From a phage, in NCBI GenBank assembly GCA_012112355.1, contig GCA_012112355.1_3028.1: DNA of 64,000 nucleotides; one strand, given 5' to 3'. Shown here in pieces: positions 43,601-52,634 of this stretch. The notes under the pieces are model-generated. The model was given only the letters and a program-made list of their open reading frames with translations. It did not search any database and was not told the DNA's origin. A program made the position numbers and the translations under genes. The number at the start of each line of letters is the position of its first letter. The first letter of the stretch is position 1.

Positions 43601-44656
43601 GTTGAACTTCCTGAGACGGCTATTCAAGGACAGGTTGCTAGTGTTCTGAACAACTTGGCTCCTACCCCTAACGGTGTGAAGCGTTATGAAGCCGATTCTG
43701 AAATAGCTATTAATAGCCAAACCGGTATTCGTATCAGAAGCAATGCCGATAAAACTGGTTCTGTGGCTACAATGTTACGAAATGACGGTGGCAGTTTTTA
43801 TATTCTGTTTACAGATAAAAATGCCACCGATGGCGCAGCAACTGTTAATGGTGATTGGAATAGTAAACGTCCTTTCGCAATTAACTTAACAACCGGCGAA
43901 GTGATGATGAATAATGGCATAGCTGTTCGCAGCGCTGCTTTATTCTATAATAGCATAAACGTCAAAGATAATGGTTCTATTAACTTTGATAAATCAGGTG
44001 CTAACCCGAGAAATATGAGAATATTTCATGCTGGCGATGCTTCTCGCGGTAACCGTATTGAAATTGCCGATGAAACTAACTATATTGCTTACTTTGAAAA
44101 AACTCCAGGTGGAGCTAACCGCTTTGTAGTAAATAATGCTACTGTAGCTGGTATTAATCAAACAAATTCATTTGGTATTAATATCAATAACGCACTTGGT
44201 GGAAATAGTATAGCATTTGGTGATAGCGATACTGGTATTAAGCAAAATGGCGATGGATTATTAGACATATATGCGAACAGCGTACAAGTATTCCGTTTCC
44301 AAAACGGTGATTTGTACTCATATAAAAATATAAATGCTCCAAACGTTTATATTCGTTCTGATATTCGCTTAAAATCTAATTTCAAACCTATCGAAAATGC
44401 ACTTGATAAAGTTGAAAAACTCAATGGTGTCATTTATGATAAAGCTGAATACATCGGTGGAGAGGCAATTGAAACTGAAGCGGGTATTGTAGCTCAAACG
44501 TTACAAGACGTTTTACCAGAAGCCGTCCGTGAAACAGAAGACAGCAAGGGTAATAAAATACTCACTGTTTCTTCTCAAGCCCAGATTGCTCTTCTGGTTG
44601 AAGCTGTGAAAACGCTTTCTTCTCGTGTAAAAGAACTTGAATCTAAACTTATGTAA
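40685..44656 (+). CDS. 37: long tail fibre distal subunit gp37 (T2-type, with C-terminal chaperone domain)
   Basis: 1323 aa; N-terminus MATLKQIQFKRSK; C-terminus diverges from T4. Confidence 0.9.
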   Translation: MATLKQIQFKRSKTAGARPAASVLAEGELAINLKDRTIFTKDDSGNIIDLSISTGGNISGNITQTGDYLQNGTYNLNGNQFVYAGKYIEFLPKTAGNGAWANQHLNKAPIFTDLSSTTSVSEYHPLIKQRYKDGTFSAGTLVNEGSFKFHYIDETGTSKYWTFNRNGNFIVDSGSIEVRAGNISASGNINSANGIITGPEIVTKNINFSTKTFVANANIGYDWVSLPTWVYNPPADGSDNTTNGLNYLRKLRASSASSIFHEIADCRKGKPQEISWWTGVGPESFQWAFDTSGRITAGKSISVGLPDNGTNGRYPLDSAISIGIAIGDNDTGIKWVRDGVIDFMANGISSATILNNGINSTKKLMVGYSRDSGSTWDYPNNNQAMFTARTDVDGNNNGDGQTHIGYSSNAKMYHYFRGTGRMSVNMGDGLLVEPGILDIKTGSNSLNLRADGTIASVQTLKLNNGLYFNGDGTNASLVFKAASGIDGTKQIMWEGGTRAGQNKSYVTVKAWGNSFNASGDRNRETVFEVSDGQGYYFYSQRMAPSGSETTGPVVTQFNGQVNARGSIITDGSFKVNGLSTLVGNVTMSNGLFVQGGSSITGQVKIGGTADALRIWNAEYGAIFRRSEAALHIIPTPKDAGESGGISNLRPLSISLNNGMVQMRHSVTLGDDGAGGNMITVDNDNKLVVVTSHSRISPNYRMQVGQAAYIDAECTDTVRPAGAGSFASQNNENVRAPFYMNINRTDTSTYVPILKQRYVQGNSCYSLGTLINGGNFRVHYHEGGDGSSTGAVIKDLGWEFNKNGDFYSPGKLGAGAVRIGTDGNITGGSLPNFANLNLTLDRKVNTRMVSYSGTGGWYKLATVTMPQSTSTVTFEIAGGNGYNVNIPHQCVTSKIVLRTSNNNPKGINAVVWSMDTDQGIKNVATVNTSGDVYDIYVNVGTYAQALAVSYYATPNATINQIFATDQPGATETAVELPETAIQGQVASVLNNLAPTPNGVKRYEADSEIAINSQTGIRIRSNADKTGSVATMLRNDGGSFYILFTDKNATDGAATVNGDWNSKRPFAINLTTGEVMMNNGIAVRSAALFYNSINVKDNGSINFDKSGANPRNMRIFHAGDASRGNRIEIADETNYIAYFEKTPGGANRFVVNNATVAGINQTNSFGININNALGGNSIAFGDSDTGIKQNGDGLLDIYANSVQVFRFQNGDLYSYKNINAPNVYIRSDIRLKSNFKPIENALDKVEKLNGVIYDKAEYIGGEAIETEAGIVAQTLQDVLPEAVRETEDSKGNKILTVSSQAQIALLVEAVKTLSSRVKELESKLM
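44355..44653 (+). other. gp37 C-terminal intramolecular chaperone / autoproteolytic domain (S74-like)
   Basis: Motif YIRSDIRLKSNFKPIE...LNGVIYD and coiled-coil tail ending KELESKLM. Confidence 0.6.
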
Positions 44657-44657
44657 A

Positions 44658-44676
44658 AGAGGGCTTCGGCCCTCTA
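44658..44676 (+). terminator. stem-loop after gene 37
   Basis: AGAGGGC-TTCG-GCCCTCT hairpin. Confidence 0.55.
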
Positions 44677-44686
44677 AGGATTTTTA

Positions 44687-45472
44687 ATGGCAATTGTAGG
44701 TGTTCCTGGCTGGATTGGTGAATCTGCCGTGAATGAAACTGGACAACGTTGGATGGATGCTGCAATGAGAGCAGTCCGTGTTTCAGTTCCCGGTTGGATG
44801 AGCTCAATGGCCGGACAATCTAAAGAAGTATATTATAGCATTGGTGCTAGTAATTCTTATAATAAAGATACATTAATAAACTGGATAAAAGCCCAAGGCA
44901 GTACTCCTGTTGTTATTACTATTACAGGAAATATTGTTTCTCGATCTACTGGTGTTCCATGCTTAGATTTTCCTAGCTCATTAACTAATGCATACGTGAC
45001 ACTTAATATCAATTCAGGAGTGCATGTTTGGGGCCGTGGCGGGAATGGCGGAAATAACTCTGCCGGTGGAGCAGGAGGAACTGCAATAAATAATGGAATT
45101 GGAACTAGATTGCGTATTAACAACAATGGTGTTATCGCAGGAGGCGGTGGCGGCGGTGGAGGCGGATATTATTCTCCTTTTTCACAAATGAAATTGACTT
45201 TTGGCGGTGGCGGCGGTCGTCCATTTGGTGCTGCTGGCGGGTCTGCTAATATGGAACAGGGCGCTACTGCTGGTACTATTTCTGCACCTGGTAAAGGGTC
45301 TGTCAATGGTATCTATAATGGCGGGAATGGCGGTGATGCTGGTGCCGCAGGTGGTAAATGTAATATTCGTGGGCAAGGATCAGAATATAACGGCGGCGCG
45401 GCCGGTAAAGCTGTTACTGGTAATGCTCCAACTTGGACTAAGGTTGGTACAATATATGGTTCAAGAGTATAA
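44687..45472 (+). CDS. 38: tail fibre tip adhesin gp38 (T2-type)
   Basis: 261 aa; conserved N-terminal domain then glycine-rich motifs including a run of 9 Gly. Confidence 0.85.
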   Translation: MAIVGVPGWIGESAVNETGQRWMDAAMRAVRVSVPGWMSSMAGQSKEVYYSIGASNSYNKDTLINWIKAQGSTPVVITITGNIVSRSTGVPCLDFPSSLTNAYVTLNINSGVHVWGRGGNGGNNSAGGAGGTAINNGIGTRLRINNNGVIAGGGGGGGGGYYSPFSQMKLTFGGGGGRPFGAAGGSANMEQGATAGTISAPGKGSVNGIYNGGNGGDAGAAGGKCNIRGQGSEYNGGAAGKAVTGNAPTWTKVGTIYGSRV

Positions 45473-45504
45473 TTTTTGAATAAATATCCTTAAAAGGAGG
45501 GTCT

Positions 45505-46161
45505 ATGGCAGCACCTAGAATATCATTTTCGCCCTCTGATATTCTATTTGGTGTTCTAGATCGCTTGTTCAAAGATAACGCTACTGGGAAGGTTCTTGCT
45601 TCCCGGGTAGCTGTCGTAATTCTTTTATTTATGATGGCGATTGTTTGGTATAGGGGAGATAGTTTCTTTGAGTACTATAAGCAATCAAAGTATGAAACAT
45701 ACAGTGAAATTATTGAAAAGGAAAGAAATGCACGCTTTGAATCTGTCGCCCTGGAACAACTCCAGATAGTTCATATATCATCTGAGGCAGACTTTAGTGC
45801 GGTGTATTCTTTCCGCCCTAAAAACTTAAACTATTTTGTTGATATTATAGCATACGAAGGAAGATTACCTTCAACAATAACTGAAAAATCACTTGGAGGA
45901 TATCCTGTTGATAAAACTATGGATGAATATATAGTTCATTTAAATGGACGTCATTATTATTCTGACTCAAAATTTGCTTTTTTACCAACTAAAAAGCCTA
46001 CTCCCGAAATAAACTACATGTACAGTTGTCCATATTTTAATTTGGATAATATCTATGCTGGAACGATAACCATGTACTGGTATAGAAATGATCATATAAG
46101 TAATGACCGCCTTGAATCAATATGCGCTCAGGCGGCCAGAATATTAGGAAGGGCTAAATAA
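45505..46161 (+). CDS. t: holin T
   Basis: 218 aa; N-terminal TM segment; matches T4 holin. Confidence 0.95.
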   Translation: MAAPRISFSPSDILFGVLDRLFKDNATGKVLASRVAVVILLFMMAIVWYRGDSFFEYYKQSKYETYSEIIEKERNARFESVALEQLQIVHISSEADFSAVYSFRPKNLNYFVDIIAYEGRLPSTITEKSLGGYPVDKTMDEYIVHLNGRHYYSDSKFAFLPTKKPTPEINYMYSCPYFNLDNIYAGTITMYWYRNDHISNDRLESICAQAARILGRAK

Positions 46162-46434
46162 TTATTTGTTCGTATACATCTCTAGATATCGATATACACC
46201 CTCAAAACCCTCGTTGAATTCGTCGATGAGGGTTTTCTTATCTTCTTGAGTTAATTCAGAAACAATTTTACGGAATGAATTCTGATTTAATTTTCTACCT
46301 TCATGCGTTACTCCAATCTCATTCAGAAATGCAATAAAATTAGCACGATTCTCAACAATATCTTCTCTGGAAAATTTAATCAAAATAGACGCAACAGTAA
46401 TAATTTCACGAACTGTATCAATGTTTTTATTCAT
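46162..46434 (-). CDS. asiA: anti-sigma70 factor AsiA
   Basis: 90 aa, matches T4 AsiA as recalled. Confidence 0.95.
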   Translation of the reverse strand: MNKNIDTVREIITVASILIKFSREDIVENRANFIAFLNEIGVTHEGRKLNQNSFRKIVSELTQEDKKTLIDEFNEGFEGVYRYLEMYTNK

Positions 46435-46446
46435 TAACTATACCAC

Positions 46447-46599
46447 TCAATTAGTTGACTTTGTTATAATATCATCAGACGCTTGATTTGTAAACTGGTC
46501 TGTGTTATTTTCTTCAAAAATTTTTTCTACGAATTCCTTGAACGACTTACGTTCCTGAGCTACATTATGCTCGATTACTTTTTCAAGATTATGACTCAT
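46447..46599 (-). CDS. small hypothetical protein (50 aa), contains the asiA early promoter
   Basis: ATGA overlap with arn stop; MSHNLEKVIEHNVAQERK..; not in ORF track (below 60 aa). Confidence 0.4.
   Translation of the reverse strand: MSHNLEKVIEHNVAQERKSFKEFVEKIFEENNTDQFTNQASDDIITKSTN
46460..46496 (-). promoter_or_regulatory. T4-type early promoter for asiA
   Basis: GTTTAC..17..TATTAT. Confidence 0.6.
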
Positions 46600-46874
46600 T
46601 CGAAATAATCTTCAATTTCATAATCATGGACGTAAATCATTATAGTTTTTAATACATCATCAATACTTTTTCCTGGAGCTGGAATTACGTAGAAATATCC
46701 TGCTTTTGAGAGGTCTTTATAAGTTCCAATCAAGAAATCATTATTCTCAAGATGTAGTTCTTCAACTAATTCATTAACAATTGAATGGTATAGGTTTGGT
46801 AGAAACTTATATAGCTTTTCTAGAATATCAATTTTGATTGTGTATTGAACCACGGATTGAGAATCAATAATCAT
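46596..46874 (-). CDS. arn: Arn, anti-restriction protein (McrBC inhibitor)
   Basis: 92 aa, position next to asiA as in T4. Confidence 0.8.
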   Translation of the reverse strand: MIIDSQSVVQYTIKIDILEKLYKFLPNLYHSIVNELVEELHLENNDFLIGTYKDLSKAGYFYVIPAPGKSIDDVLKTIMIYVHDYEIEDYFE

Positions 46875-46957
46875 AGACCTTCCCCTTATGTTTCTGTTTG
46901 CGATTAGATTCTTTAAACGCTTTCTTCTTATCCTTATGAACAGAAGCTTTATTAAAA

Positions 46958-47176
46958 TTATGTTTTGCGACTAAATTGTTCATAGTGCTGAATTACCTCT
47001 CTCAAACATTTGCATGTGAATGAAAACTTTTTAGCTACACCACATTCAAATATATGTTCTCTTAAATCGTGTGTATCCGTATATCCCATCTCAACAATAA
47101 AATGCCGTATTAGATTTTTATCTTTATCATTGAGAGAATTAAAATAATCAGATTTTGAATTAATTTCCCTGGCCAA
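46958..47176 (-). CDS. hypothetical protein
   Basis: 72-aa ORF. Confidence 0.45.
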   Translation of the reverse strand: MAREINSKSDYFNSLNDKDKNLIRHFIVEMGYTDTHDLREHIFECGVAKKFSFTCKCLREVIQHYEQFSRKT

Positions 47177-47456
47177 ATTGAATCACCTTCAGTTGACGTT
47201 TTAATTCTTTTATCATTTCTTCGTTCATCGCAATATAAAGATCGCGTAAAGCAGGTTTTAGCATGTCATTTATTATAGAACTAAATGGACATACATAATC
47301 TTTTCCTACGAGCTTTTTGGTGAATTCCATATCACAGAACTTAAATCCCGGCTCATTGGTATAAATTCCCCAATTAGTTGACATCATTTTATTGGCATAT
47401 TCTAGTGCCTGGATTTGATTCATAATTCCATCAATTTGAAACTTTTTAATATTCAT
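47160..47456 (-). CDS. hypothetical protein
   Basis: 98-aa ORF. Confidence 0.5.
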   Translation of the reverse strand: MNIKKFQIDGIMNQIQALEYANKMMSTNWGIYTNEPGFKFCDMEFTKKLVGKDYVCPFSSIINDMLKPALRDLYIAMNEEMIKELKRQLKVIQFGQGN

Positions 47457-47917
47457 TAGTAAAGGTCCTCAGAGTAAAGTTCTTTTTCATTACCACCACG
47501 TTCAATACGTACTTGTCCAGCGTAAGTTGCAATAATCATTGCTTCTTCACGTGTCCAATAATTACTATATTGGTCAATAAACCCTTGGTCATCATCACAA
47601 ACTTGTTGAGTAACTAATTGAGGTTTAACTACATCTAAAACTTCTGCCATATCTTTAGAATAATGACGAGCACCTGGAATAATAAGAGTTCGTCCATCTT
47701 TTAATTTAAAACGGTTGGCTGCGCAGACAATTCGTCGTTGATACTTTTGGTTTTCATCCCAATACAGAGTCTGCCAACAGATTTCAGGAACTTCGTCTAA
47801 AACATTTTGTTCTGTATATTCACCACCGTAAGAAGCTAATTTAGCAGCCAGACTTTCCGGAGTCTCACGCGACAAAGCTTTATCTAACAGAGCTAAACGT
47901 TCTTTAAAAGTTTTCAT
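47456..47917 (-). CDS. hypothetical protein
   Basis: 153-aa ORF. Confidence 0.55.
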   Translation of the reverse strand: MKTFKERLALLDKALSRETPESLAAKLASYGGEYTEQNVLDEVPEICWQTLYWDENQKYQRRIVCAANRFKLKDGRTLIIPGARHYSKDMAEVLDVVKPQLVTQQVCDDDQGFIDQYSNYWTREEAMIIATYAGQVRIERGGNEKELYSEDLY

Positions 47918-48243
47918 TTAAACCATTCCTTAATACGTTGCCAAATAGATTTTTGTGCTTGTTTATTTACACCAATCGAACGAATAACCGGTTGTGACTG
48001 CTGATATTCTTTATAATCTTCTTTATAGATTTCGTAAGCTGCATCAACAAATGAACTGATCGCTGCCATGTAGTTTTTACGAAGGCCAAATGGCGCGTCA
48101 TTATTTTCACGAATAACCGTATATTGGCCTGCTTTAATCTTTACGATAGTTCCAAGATAAGCTCCATGATACCAGATGTCCCAACCCTCTTGGGTAGGTT
48201 CTGCACAACGACGAAGTTCATTAACAATTTCTAACTTGTTCAT
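47914..48243 (-). CDS. hypothetical protein
   Basis: 109-aa ORF. Confidence 0.55.
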   Translation of the reverse strand: MNKLEIVNELRRCAEPTQEGWDIWYHGAYLGTIVKIKAGQYTVIRENNDAPFGLRKNYMAAISSFVDAAYEIYKEDYKEYQQSQPVIRSIGVNKQAQKSIWQRIKEWFK

Positions 48244-48253
48244 TATTTATTCC

Positions 48254-48889
48254 TCACAGTTCAGATGCTACAGTGATTACTGCTTCAATGTTTTCTACCG
48301 AGCGTTTAATGTCAAGATACACATTACCGTTTTTAGCGATTTTACATGACATTCCGATGTCAGTAAATTTCTGAATATGATGTTCCATCATTTTGTATCC
48401 AAAAATTCGCATGTTTCCATTGTTGTTAATTTCAAAATTACGAATTCCGTGAGTGCGTTTTTCTAAAATGGCAAGATAATTACTACGATAAGTTTCAACC
48501 TTTTTAAGAACAAATCCATTTTCATCTAAAAGTTTTAACATGAGGTCTTTATCTTCTTCCATATCGGAAGTAATCTCGCGAGCTTTACGAGTTGCTCGTT
48601 TTTTCAGTAGTTCCGGAGCATTTTCCTGTGCATATAAAGTTGCTGCATTTGAAATAATATCCTGAGCTTCACCAGTAATGATTAATCCATCACCAGATTT
48701 CTCCACCAGGCCTTTTTTAATCAATACCCCAATATTACTATTAACTACTGCGTTACCTAAATCTGGATGCACCTCACGAACTTCTGCAGCTGTAATGAAA
48801 TCTTTCTTAGCAATAGTAATTAAAATCGCAGCAGTTTTTTCATTCAGAACATCGTTAGAAGCTTTGATGATGTAAGTTACTTTAGACAT
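48254..48889 (-). CDS. motA: middle transcription activator MotA
   Basis: 211 aa, matches T4 MotA as recalled. Confidence 0.95.
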   Translation of the reverse strand: MSKVTYIIKASNDVLNEKTAAILITIAKKDFITAAEVREVHPDLGNAVVNSNIGVLIKKGLVEKSGDGLIITGEAQDIISNAATLYAQENAPELLKKRATRKAREITSDMEEDKDLMLKLLDENGFVLKKVETYRSNYLAILEKRTHGIRNFEINNNGNMRIFGYKMMEHHIQKFTDIGMSCKIAKNGNVYLDIKRSVENIEAVITVASEL

Positions 48890-48914
48890 TTTCTAATCTC
48901 CGTAATTCTGTATC

Positions 48915-48988
48915 AGTAGTTGATAGTTGTATAGTACCACAGTATGCTTTGGTTGTAAACCGTTTTATGAAAAAATTTTTGAAATAAA
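48915..48988 (-). promoter_or_regulatory. T4-type early promoter cassette for motA (copy 2 of near-identical pair)
   Basis: Nearly identical over about 70 nt to 31563..31635, including UP region. Confidence 0.7.
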
Positions 48989-48989
48989 A

Positions 48990-49010
48990 AAGGGAGAGCC
49001 GAGGCTCTCC
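48990..49010 (-). terminator. rho-independent terminator
   Basis: GGGAGAGCC-GA-GGCTCTCCC plus T-run on minus strand. Confidence 0.7.
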
Positions 49011-49016
49011 CTAAAA

Positions 49017-49166
49017 TTACTGCATGACTGTGATAACTGTCATGATAACACGTTGAATGCCGAACGCAAGAAGACCTCCTGCTACGGCTGGAACAACACC
49101 TACCCCCGCTAGTAAAATGCCGCCAGATACTAATGCAGCGCTTGTAATACCAATGAATGGACTCAT
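49017..49166 (-). CDS. small hydrophobic peptide (49 aa)
   Basis: ATGA overlap with gene 52 stop; MSPFIGITSAALVSGGILLAGVGVV..; predicted membrane. Confidence 0.4.
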   Translation of the reverse strand: MSPFIGITSAALVSGGILLAGVGVVPAVAGGLLAFGIQRVIMTVITVMQ

Positions 49167-50491
49167 TTGATTTCCTCTAAATCTTTAGTGTATTCTGTAA
49201 CTACATCAGTAGTTTTCCAATATTCGTTTTCTTCTTTTTTAGCTTTAGCTTCTTCAGCAAGTTTCTTTGCTTCATCAGAAGTCATATGAAAAATATTCAT
49301 TCCAACTAGTTTATCAACATAAGAAGAATACATCTCAATTTTAGAAAGTTCTTCGGTCAGTTCTTTACGAGTTTTACCCTGTACAACAATTTCACCTGAA
49401 ATTACTTTCTTAATGAAATGCGCCTTGGCAAAGGCTAAACGAAATGCTGATTCAGTTTCTTTGATTTTGTTATCAATTCGTTTTTGGACATAAGTTTTAC
49501 GAACTTCAACGAAGTCTTTGATTAAATCAACTACGTTATCGTAAACTTGTAGCTTTCCTTTCTCATTAATAACGGTAATATTTTGGGAACGACGCTCAAT
49601 CAACCCGAAGTCTTTCATAATTTTTGCATGGCGTTCTTCTTCATTATCGCTCAAAGAATATTCTTTACGGAATTTAACTTTAAAGCCAAAGCCATGCTCA
49701 CCACAAGCATCATCCCACGTAATGAAGCCTTTATCTTCAAGTGGGTCTAAGATTTTACTCACATAAGTTTCACGATCATACTTATACGGAATCTCAGTGA
49801 TATGCATTTGAGTTCGTGAAGTAAACTTGTATGTTCCACGAATTTCATATTGCCCATCAATCTCAACGACTTCACCACGAAATTCTGGGAATTCTACCTT
49901 CGGTTTAGTTACTTTCTTTCCTTGAAGAGCTTGCAGTACAGCTTTCTTGACAGAAGAAACACTATGAGGAAGAATGTAAGTTGCATAACCAGTTGCAATA
50001 CCGGAAACACCATTAAGAAGAACAGTAGGAATAATAGGCAAATAGAAAGCAGGCGGAATGTGTTCTTTATCTTGATGTACTGGAGCATATTCAGTATCTT
50101 TATATACGTTATAGAAATTTTTACTTACACGAGCAAAAATATAACGACTAGCTGCTGCCTTTTGGACAGTACGAGAACCGAAGTTTCCTTGACCATCTAA
50201 CAAAGGAAAGTTATTATTCCAAGTATTAGCCATCAAAGCCCCTGCATCTTGTGCAGAGTTTTCACCATGGTGATATCCAAGGTCCGCTACACCACCTGCA
50301 ATAGAAGCAAGTTTGTGAAACTTATCTTTATTTCCTCGTGCCAAATCAAGAGCTCGAGCAATAACAAATCGTTGAACTGGCTTAAATCCATCAATCATAT
50401 TTGGAATAGCACGATTTTCAACCGTGTACATAGCATAAGCCAATGCTTCATTATCAATGATACTTTTTAAATCGCGATTATTCAGTTGCAT
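49163..50491 (-). CDS. 52: DNA topoisomerase II medium subunit gp52 (GyrA-like)
   Basis: 442 aa. Confidence 0.95.
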   Translation of the reverse strand: MQLNNRDLKSIIDNEALAYAMYTVENRAIPNMIDGFKPVQRFVIARALDLARGNKDKFHKLASIAGGVADLGYHHGENSAQDAGALMANTWNNNFPLLDGQGNFGSRTVQKAAASRYIFARVSKNFYNVYKDTEYAPVHQDKEHIPPAFYLPIIPTVLLNGVSGIATGYATYILPHSVSSVKKAVLQALQGKKVTKPKVEFPEFRGEVVEIDGQYEIRGTYKFTSRTQMHITEIPYKYDRETYVSKILDPLEDKGFITWDDACGEHGFGFKVKFRKEYSLSDNEEERHAKIMKDFGLIERRSQNITVINEKGKLQVYDNVVDLIKDFVEVRKTYVQKRIDNKIKETESAFRLAFAKAHFIKKVISGEIVVQGKTRKELTEELSKIEMYSSYVDKLVGMNIFHMTSDEAKKLAEEAKAKKEENEYWKTTDVVTEYTKDLEEIK

Positions 50492-50495
50492 AAAT

Positions 50496-50636
50496 TTACC
50501 ATACTAGTGAATGTAGTGCCATAATAACATCAGAAATGAAAAGCACGACTTGAATCAATCCGAACATTACTCCATAATATAGTGCTACTAATAAAGTAGC
50601 AAGGGCTAATGAATAGCCCAAGATTTTCTTAATCAT
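50496..50636 (-). CDS. small hydrophobic peptide (46 aa)
   Basis: MIKKILGYSLALATLLVALYYG..; not in ORF track. Confidence 0.4.
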   Translation of the reverse strand: MIKKILGYSLALATLLVALYYGVMFGLIQVVLFISDVIMALHSLVW

Positions 50637-50787
50637 TAGTAGATAACAACACAAATGTTAAATATGCACACATACCCTGAGCTAAAGCTTGCGAAAACAC
50701 ACTGCTAGCATCGATACAGATAGTTAAAACACATGCTACTATCCAACAAATAAATGAAATAACTCCTAATAATTTTGCAATATTCAT
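50629..50787 (-). CDS. ac: Ac-like small membrane protein (acriflavine sensitivity)
   Basis: 52 aa hydrophobic; position between 52 and stp as in T4. Confidence 0.55.
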   Translation of the reverse strand: MNIAKLLGVISFICWIVACVLTICIDASSVFSQALAQGMCAYLTFVLLSTND

Positions 50788-50794
50788 ATTTTCC

Positions 50795-50875
50795 TCACTG
50801 GCGTCCGAAGACGCCTTTAGTTTTAAGATTATTACGATAGAACTGCATCACGTGTTCGTTGTGGAAATTACTCAT
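50795..50875 (-). CDS. stp: Stp peptide (26 aa; in T4 releases the PrrC anticodon nuclease from EcoprrI)
   Basis: [26 protein letters not shown] matches T4 Stp as recalled; start overlaps ndd stop. Confidence 0.8.
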
Positions 50876-51333
50876 TAATATGCCTGCAAAACGAATTTAA
50901 AGTTATCAGCCAACATACGGTTCATTTCTTCAAGTGTTTGATACTCGGAATGATGATTACGGGTAAACGCCAAAGCTAACTGACCTTTACCAAATCCTGT
51001 CGTCAGAGGTTTCATCTTAGAAGCAGGCAGATAAAATACTGTGTATACCATATTGTTATTTGCAATAGTACGTGCAAGCTGAGACCGACGTTGACGAATA
51101 TGACTTAGAACTGCACTGAATCCTTGCTTAGAACGCTGATTACCTACATAAAATCGTGCAGACACACATGGATTACTAAATGGACGACCATCTAATTTAC
51201 TTACTAAAAAGTAAAATCCAGGTTTAGACAAAATGTCTTTGTGTGGAGTTCCCAAAAACCACTCACCGCCCTTGATTGTACCAATAACAGTAGCGCCTGC
51301 ATCATTTAGATCAGTAACAGCCATATATTTCAT
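50875..51333 (-). CDS. ndd: nucleoid disruption protein Ndd
   Basis: Internal start [13 protein letters not shown] with SD GAGGAAA gives 152 aa. Confidence 0.9.
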
Positions 51334-51393
51334 TTTAATTTCCTCTAAATTATTTTCTACTCCAAGGCCGCATGAATACATACGGCCGATAAA

Positions 51394-51609
51394 TTAATCG
51401 TCGCAGTCGACGCTCAATTCCCAGAATTCTTCTACGGTATAAGTTTCAGTATCATTTTCAATACAGAAACGTTCATTACTATTATTTGCTAAAGTAGCAT
51501 TAACTGTCGGTTTCTCGCTAGTGCTCTTAAGAGGTGAAATACGAATTAACTGATCACCATTATCTAAACAGAAAATTTCACCAACTTTTACATCTTTAAA
51601 ACTTTTCAT
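51394..51609 (-). CDS. hypothetical protein
   Basis: 71-aa ORF. Confidence 0.5.
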   Translation of the reverse strand: MKSFKDVKVGEIFCLDNGDQLIRISPLKSTSEKPTVNATLANNSNERFCIENDTETYTVEEFWELSVDCDD

Positions 51610-51724
51610 AATTCACCTCAAGGAGTATAAAATCCAAATGCAGTTGTTGACCATCCCATCCAATATGGGAAATTTGCACCAATGTAAAACATGAGAATAT
51701 AAAACCAACCACTCAGCAAATTCA

Positions 51725-51943
51725 TCATTTTACACCATTCCAAATTGTTTCAACCACAGATTTTAAACCATTTTGATGAATATCCATTCCGACTACCGCC
51801 ATCAAATAGATTCCAACTACAACTGAACCTAAGGCAAAAATCAGCATGAAAATGAATAAAGCCGGAAAAATATTATCGAAAAACCATTCAATAAATGTAA
51901 AAGCACTACGTTTACGCTTCATATTTTCCTCACATAAATCCAA
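51725..51943 (-). CDS. hypothetical membrane protein
   Basis: 72 aa with hydrophobic core. Confidence 0.5.
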   Translation of the reverse strand: MDLCEENMKRKRSAFTFIEWFFDNIFPALFIFMLIFALGSVVVGIYLMAVVGMDIHQNGLKSVVETIWNGVK

Positions 51944-52043
51944 AATAAGCGTTTAATACATCAATCATTAAAACGATTGGGAATATACTCAAAACTATTA
52001 GTATTATAACTACATTCCATATAGCTTTAATAATCTTTTTCAT
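51930..52043 (-). CDS. small hydrophobic peptide (37 aa)
   Basis: Internal start MKKIIKAIWNVVIILIV after SD GGAGGAA and early promoter. Confidence 0.35.
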   Translation of the reverse strand: MKKIIKAIWNVVIILIVLSIFPIVLMIDVLNAYFGFM

Positions 52044-52054
52044 TTTCTGTTCCT

Positions 52055-52092
52055 CCGTAGTTGATAGGGTAATAGTACCACGGAAGAACAGT
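52055..52092 (-). promoter_or_regulatory. T4-type early promoter cassette
   Basis: GTTTAC..TACTAT with conserved leader. Confidence 0.6.
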
Positions 52093-52286
52093 CTTGTAAA
52101 CAACTTTTTTAAAAATATTCGTAATAAATGTGAATACCAACTACTACCGCTGAAACCTGTGCAACCCACCACGCACAAGCAATAAGTACAGAATTCAAAA
52201 TTTTCATAATAACCTCATCACAAAAGTAAATGTTAAACAAATTACTGGAATACTAATTAACCAAACAAAACACCACCATAATGAAC

Positions 52287-52550
52287 TCATAGCTCAATCT
52301 CAGCGATTTTCATTTCATTACTATTAATAGCCTCTTTAAGACTATCTGAAAGAATTACATTCCAGTGGTCATTCATATGACCATTAACTAAGCGTGTAAT
52401 TTCTTCAGGAGTTGAAAAATAAGGCTGATCAGACTCCCAATGCGATAATCCTAAGCGAGTATAAATCATGCCTTCATCATCGCTCGAATATTCAACTGAC
52501 ACAAACTCATCAGTTATTTTATGTTTAGCGTAATAAAATTTAAATTTCAT
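52287..52550 (-). CDS. hypothetical protein
   Basis: Track ORF starts MENKM; start placed at second ATG after GGAGAATAAA. Confidence 0.55.
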   Translation of the reverse strand: MKFKFYYAKHKITDEFVSVEYSSDDEGMIYTRLGLSHWESDQPYFSTPEEITRLVNGHMNDHWNVILSDSLKEAINSNEMKIAEIEL

Positions 52551-52581
52551 TTTATTCTCCAAATCCGTATCAGTAGTTGAT

Positions 52582-52618
52582 AGTTGTATAGTACCACGGT
52601 CCTTGTGGTATGTAAACC
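52582..52618 (-). promoter_or_regulatory. T4-type early promoter cassette
   Basis: GTTTAC..TACTAT plus leader CAACTACTGATACGG and a small CCACGG/CCGTGG hairpin. Confidence 0.65.
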
Positions 52619-52634
52619 GTTTTGTGAAAAAATT

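Noticed and set aside
45100-45200. Poly-glycine run in gp38 as a possible slippery tract or assembly artefact
   Set aside because: Glycine-rich motifs are a known feature of T2-type gp38 adhesins and the frame is intact
45480-45504. Late promoter for holin t
   Set aside because: Only AATAAATA (one mismatch from TATAAATA) is present, so evidence is too weak to annotate
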